From a virus, in IMG/VR virus record IMGVR_UViG_3300046659_000007, positions 1 through 45,336 of that record: a DNA stretch of 45,336 bases. One strand, 5' to 3'. A program made the translations under genes and the position numbers. The notes beneath the pieces are model-generated. The model saw only the letters and a program-made list of their open reading frames with translations, searched no databases and was not told the DNA's origin. How positions within the stretch are numbered: the stretch's first letter is position 1; each line of letters begins with the position of its first letter. Positions 41,730 to 45,336 of this stretch are shown here, one piece after another.

Positions 41730-42461
41730 CTAGATGGCCTTTACTTTGGTTGCTGCGACCGATGCCGAGGTCGGCGCAGGGCCAGTCTGCGCGAGCGCAG
41801 TGCCTGTCTGCGCCGCCGCTGTGCCTGTCGTGTTGACGATATGCGTGTGTGTCCAAATCTTAGACAGCGCATCATCAACCGCGCTCTTGACCAGGCCTGC
41901 CAGCGCGACAAAGTCTGTGCCGCTGGTCGCGCCGAGCTGCAGCAGCGAGTCGCCGATCGATATGAGCATGCCGCCGCCGCTCTTGCCTATCACGAGGTCT
42001 GTCGCCGACACGCCATCGAGCAGCTCGCCGATCGGCGCAGGTCCGACTGGCAGCGCGATGGCGCCATCGAGCGTGTGCGGGCCGATGTCGCCAGTCGCGA
42101 TCGTCGCCTGGCTATTCTTCTTTGCTACCGCCAGCCAGCGATCGATGCTGCGCTCGGCAAAGATGAGCAGCACAAAGTCGCCTACCTTGAGCGGCAGCGA
42201 CACGAACCAGCCGCCGCCCTGCATATACGCAATCGGCACGCGCGGCAGCACAGGCAGCGACTCCTCTGCGAGCGGCTCGAGGGCATCATCGTCGGTCGCG
42301 AGCGCGCGCCGCAGGCAGGGCTGCACATCGGCGAACTGGCGCTTGGTCTGAGCATCGGCATAGATGCTCACGACCTGGCCAGGCATCGCTGTGTGCAGCT
42401 CGAACTGCGACTGCGCCGCAGCATCCTGCAGCAGGTCGGCCAGCTGCGGCGTCGCTGGCAC
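41730..42461 (-). CDS. Baseplate central spike / gpV-like (Mu gp45-like) protein
   Basis: 243 aa. The N-terminal OB-like region (GQVVSIYADAQTKRQFADVQPCLR ... VGDFVLLIF) and its position fit. Confidence 0.6.
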   Translation of the reverse strand: MPATPQLADLLQDAAAQSQFELHTAMPGQVVSIYADAQTKRQFADVQPCLRRALATDDDALEPLAEESLPVLPRVPIAYMQGGGWFVSLPLKVGDFVLLIFAERSIDRWLAVAKKNSQATIATGDIGPHTLDGAIALPVGPAPIGELLDGVSATDLVIGKSGGGMLISIGDSLLQLGATSGTDFVALAGLVKSAVDDALSKIWTHTHIVNTTGTAAAQTGTALAQTGPAPTSASVAATKVKAI

Positions 42462-42730
42462 TAGGCCGAACCCTCATCCGCTGGCAGCAGCTCCTCTGGC
42501 GCGAGCTCGATGGCAGGCGCCTCGGGGTCTGGGACGCTGGTCGACTGCTCGACTGGCTGCCCAGCCGTCTGCTCTGCCAGTGTGCTTTCGCCCTCTGGCT
42601 GGCCCTCGCCGTCGCCGCCATCTGGCGGCGGCGCCTCTGGCTCTGGCTTCGGCCTCGGCGTCGCGAGGCCTGCCTCGGTTGCGTCTGCACTCGTGTTGGT
42701 GGCGATGTCGAATACTTGTGGCTGCGTCAC
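42461..42730 (-). CDS. Acidic Pro-rich hypothetical baseplate-module protein
   Basis: Start chosen at GTG 42730, which forms a GTGA overlap with the upstream stop and has AGGAG 8 nt upstream. The track ORF extends to 42766. Confidence 0.45.
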   Translation of the reverse strand: MTQPQVFDIATNTSADATEAGLATPRPKPEPEAPPPDGGDGEGQPEGESTLAEQTAGQPVEQSTSVPDPEAPAIELAPEELLPADEGSA

Positions 42731-43584
42731 TGTGTGAACTCCTTTAGTTCGAGCTCGATGCCCCACTCATCCGCGCTGGCATAGTCGCCTTTATGGTGCG
42801 TAGTCTCAACGCGATAGACGCCCTGCACGTGCTTTGTCCGCAGCTCGACTCGGCGGCCTGGCAGCAGGTTCGGAATCATCAGCGTGCGGCAGCGCACCAT
42901 GCGCCCCTTGCCTAGCTCTGGCGAACCGATGAGGCCGCTGCTCGGCGTTAGCACGATGCCCTGCTCGGCGATCGGCTGCCCTCGAGGCAGCAGCTGCAGC
43001 TGGTTGTCTTGAATCGACCACTCAAGGCCGCAGCTGCGGCAGACCCGATCGAGCTGCGAGAGCGCATCGCCGCTCGCGACATAGCCTGTCTGCACAGTCG
43101 CAGGCGTTACGCCGAACCAGGCAGCGCTGCTCGCTGCTTTCTCTGTGTTGCCGAGGCCGACCTCGAGCGCCTTGGCGCAAGCGACGATGATGTCTGAGAC
43201 TCGTGTGTTAGCTGGGAAGCTATGCTGTATGCGCTTCTTTTTCCGCGCTGTGCTGCCATCGTTGCTCGTGACCTGCGTAGACCACTCAGTGCCCTCGCGC
43301 GTTGAGAAAGCCTCGTGCAGCTCGCCTCGGAAGATCACACTCATGCCGTCGCTGTAGCCAGCCTCGATCGACACGAATACATCGTGCATGCCCTGCAGGC
43401 GCTTGCGTGTGCTCTCGGCCAGGTTGACTAGCTTTACCTCGGCGCTATTCGCTGTCTTTGCCGAGAGCGAGCGCTTGACCTCGAACGTTACCTGCAGGTC
43501 TGACACTAGCAACGTGTCGACCTGCAGCCTGTAGGCGCGATCGAATAGGTTGATTGAGTCGCTGTAGGCGTTCGGCTCGGCCAT
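42727..43584 (-). CDS. Baseplate hub protein (Mu gp44 / P2 gpD-like)
   Basis: 285 aa, lying between the tape-measure-proximal genes and the spike. The overall pattern is typical of hub proteins by recollection. Confidence 0.55.
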   Translation of the reverse strand: MAEPNAYSDSINLFDRAYRLQVDTLLVSDLQVTFEVKRSLSAKTANSAEVKLVNLAESTRKRLQGMHDVFVSIEAGYSDGMSVIFRGELHEAFSTREGTEWSTQVTSNDGSTARKKKRIQHSFPANTRVSDIIVACAKALEVGLGNTEKAASSAAWFGVTPATVQTGYVASGDALSQLDRVCRSCGLEWSIQDNQLQLLPRGQPIAEQGIVLTPSSGLIGSPELGKGRMVRCRTLMIPNLLPGRRVELRTKHVQGVYRVETTHHKGDYASADEWGIELELKEFTQ

Positions 43585-43910
43585 CAGAACTCACCATCTG
43601 GCACATAGTAGAGGCGGAACCGATCTCCCATGTCCTCGAGCGTTGGCTTCGCAGCCTCCTCGCGCAGGTCGAGGAACCAGAGATCGCCTGGCGGCAGCGT
43701 GCCGAGATAGCGATAGCGGTAGAGCAGCGGCCAGAGCGTGATCATGCGCACGCCATACAGGATCGGTGTGCCCTCGCTGTCTGCGAGCTCGAGGTGCCAG
43801 CAGCTGCCGCGCTGCGACCACACGATCCGCAGCGTGTATACGAGGCCGCCGAGCTCGACTCGCTGCGTCGTGTCTGGGTCTGGCGTTGTGATAATGCGCT
43901 GCGCCATCAC
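43584..43910 (-). CDS. Small baseplate/tail-tip protein (putative)
   Basis: 108 aa with overlapping stop/start codons with both neighbours. Confidence 0.4.
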   Translation of the reverse strand: MMAQRIITTPDPDTTQRVELGGLVYTLRIVWSQRGSCWHLELADSEGTPILYGVRMITLWPLLYRYRYLGTLPPGDLWFLDLREEAAKPTLEDMGDRFRLYYVPDGEF

Positions 43911-44752
43911 AGCCCCTTGAGTGCTGCCGCGATGGCATCGACTGCCGCCGCTCCTGCGCTCTTGCTCTTAGGCGGCACCTCGGATGGCGGCACAGCCGTA
44001 GTGTTCTGGTTGCCTTTGTCGACTTTCGGCGCCGCTCTCGGCTGCGTCGGATCGGGCTTGCCGACCTGGCCTGTCTGCGACTTGACGATCCTGATGATCT
44101 GCCCTGTCGCGCCGAACCGCAGCGAGCCGCTCGAGCTCGCATCGCGCTGCACTGACAGGTCGACCAGCACAACAGACTCGTAAACGCGCAGGCCAGTCAC
44201 GACCTGCACAGGGCGGCGCGCCTCGTAGGCTGTGCGCAGCGCATCGTGCACAGCGCGCACTCGATCGAACTCGCGATCGAACCGCAGCGCATTCGCCTGC
44301 CAGGCGATGGTGCGCGGCTGCAGCCGAGGCGATAGATACTGAAACGCGCGCCGAGGCCGCAGGTCGAGGCCGATGCCAGCGAGCAGCGCAGCGCCCTGCG
44401 CGACAGGCGTTATGAGGCCGAGCGCGCCGAGGGTAGGCTCGCCGAATATAGTCTGCGATCGCGTGCCGAGCGGCTCGAGGCGAGTGAGCGCAGAGCCATC
44501 GCGACCGAGCAGGCGCGCGCCGCTCTCGCTGCCGACAGCGCCATTCGCATGTGACTTAGGCACCTCAATAGGCTGGTTCGTTACGAGGCCCTCGATGCTC
44601 AGCGAGTCTGGCTGCAGCCGCACATGGTCAGTGACATCGGCGCCATCCTCGACAGGATGGCGCGACACCTCGGCCTGCGATGAGTGCTGTTCACTGATAG
44701 AGCAGTCTATCCAGATACCAGCGATCTGCAGGTGCGTGACCTCGCGCGACAT
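43907..44752 (-). CDS. Tail-tip / DNA-circulation-like protein (Mu gp43-like, putative)
   Basis: 281 aa, immediately downstream of the tape measure gene. Confidence 0.4.
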   Translation of the reverse strand: MSREVTHLQIAGIWIDCSISEQHSSQAEVSRHPVEDGADVTDHVRLQPDSLSIEGLVTNQPIEVPKSHANGAVGSESGARLLGRDGSALTRLEPLGTRSQTIFGEPTLGALGLITPVAQGAALLAGIGLDLRPRRAFQYLSPRLQPRTIAWQANALRFDREFDRVRAVHDALRTAYEARRPVQVVTGLRVYESVVLVDLSVQRDASSSGSLRFGATGQIIRIVKSQTGQVGKPDPTQPRAAPKVDKGNQNTTAVPPSEVPPKSKSAGAAAVDAIAAALKGL

Positions 44753-45307
44753 CTAGCCAGTCCTCCTCACAGCCTCGGCAGTGCGGCGACGCTCGAGGTC
44801 GATCGCTGCCTTGGCTGCGCGTGCAGCATCGGCAGCGCCGACACCTGCGCCGATGTTGACTGTCACAGGGCCGTTGTTGACTGTGTTCGATGGCGCCGCT
44901 GGCGCGCCGCTGCCAGCAGGTGCCGCAGGCACTGGCAGACTCGCGACGCCGAACTGCTGCGTCCCTGCGCCTACGCCTCGACCAGATGCGTACTTCCGTT
45001 TCGCGATCTCATCGGCGATGGCCTTGCGCTTGGCTTCGGCGTCGCGCACCTGCGCATCGAGCTCGGCCGCTCGAGCGGCGCGCTCCTGCTCTGGCGTCAT
45101 GACGCCAGCGCCGAGGCCTCGGCCAGCCGCGCGCCCTGCCGCAGGCGCCTGCTTGTCTTTGACGTCGAAGCCGAGCAGCCGACCGAATGCGGCGCCGAGA
45201 TTCTCGATCTTAGTGACCAGGCCCTGTACCCATTCTCCGACCTCTGCCAGCTTGTCGGCGACTGCAGCGCCGAAGTTCATCGCCGCGCCAGTGACCAGGT
45301 CCCACAT
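44753..45307 (-). CDS. Tail tape measure protein, C-terminal part (joins 1382..1; total about 644 aa)
   Basis: The frame is continuous with 1382..1 once the 31-bp overlap is removed (1382 + 553 nt = 645 codons including stop). The sequence is Gly/Ala-rich. It sits upstream of the baseplate genes. Confidence 0.8.
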   Translation of the reverse strand: MWDLVTGAAMNFGAAVADKLAEVGEWVQGLVTKIENLGAAFGRLLGFDVKDKQAPAAGRAAGRGLGAGVMTPEQERAARAAELDAQVRDAEAKRKAIADEIAKRKYASGRGVGAGTQQFGVASLPVPAAPAGSGAPAAPSNTVNNGPVTVNIGAGVGAADAARAAKAAIDLERRRTAEAVRRTG

Positions 45308-45336
45308 GCCAGCGAGCGAGGGCAGCTCCTTCCATG
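45306..45336. repeat. Terminal 31-bp direct repeat, copy 2 (circular-assembly overlap)
   Basis: Identical to bases 1-31. It lies inside a coding sequence. Confidence 0.9.

Overview
The window is a complete, circularly closed replicon. Bases 1-31 are identical to 45306-45336, so the unique length is about 45,305 bp. It is a high-GC temperate phage with a contractile tail, and possibly a phage-plasmid.

Layout:
- A Cro-like/CI-like divergent switch lies at about 20.0-21.4 kb.
- One very long leftward (minus-strand) gene train runs from the Cro-like gene. It carries small Zn-ribbon genes, a RuvC-like resolvase, a small-terminase-like HTH protein, a ParB-methyltransferase fusion, terL, portal, a MuF-type head protein, a small moron island with a second methyltransferase, scaffold, cement protein and major capsid.
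- The same train continues through connector genes, sheath, tube, a G/GT chaperone pair with a -1 frameshift site, and the tape measure, which crosses the linearisation point.
- It then wraps to the right end of the window into a Mu/P2-like baseplate and a fibre cluster: one collagen-like fibre plus three paralogous Asp-box beta-propeller proteins.
- A rightward recombination module (Gp157-like, Sak4-like ATPase) lies at 21.9-24.7 kb.
- An accessory region at 24.7-33.5 kb carries a lipoprotein, an orphan HTH protein, an RHH-RHH-tandemRHH-Uma2 nuclease operon, a tyrosine recombinase, membrane and Cys-rich proteins, and a small ParA plus RHH (ParG-like) partition pair.

The most unusual signals are:
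1. A dispersed family of 8-bp-periodic GACCAGTC/GACTGGTC arrays, mostly intergenic.
2. The RHH/Uma2 operon.
3. The MuF protein, which carries an inserted P-loop, a polyproline linker and a C-terminal HExxH domain.
4. The triplicated fibre N-terminal module.
5. A C10 tract and a strong plus-strand terminator that bracket the 26073-27212 gene in antisense.

No rRNA, tRNA, CRISPR array, reverse transcriptase or recognisable endolysin was seen. All family assignments come from motif recognition by eye; no database search was run.
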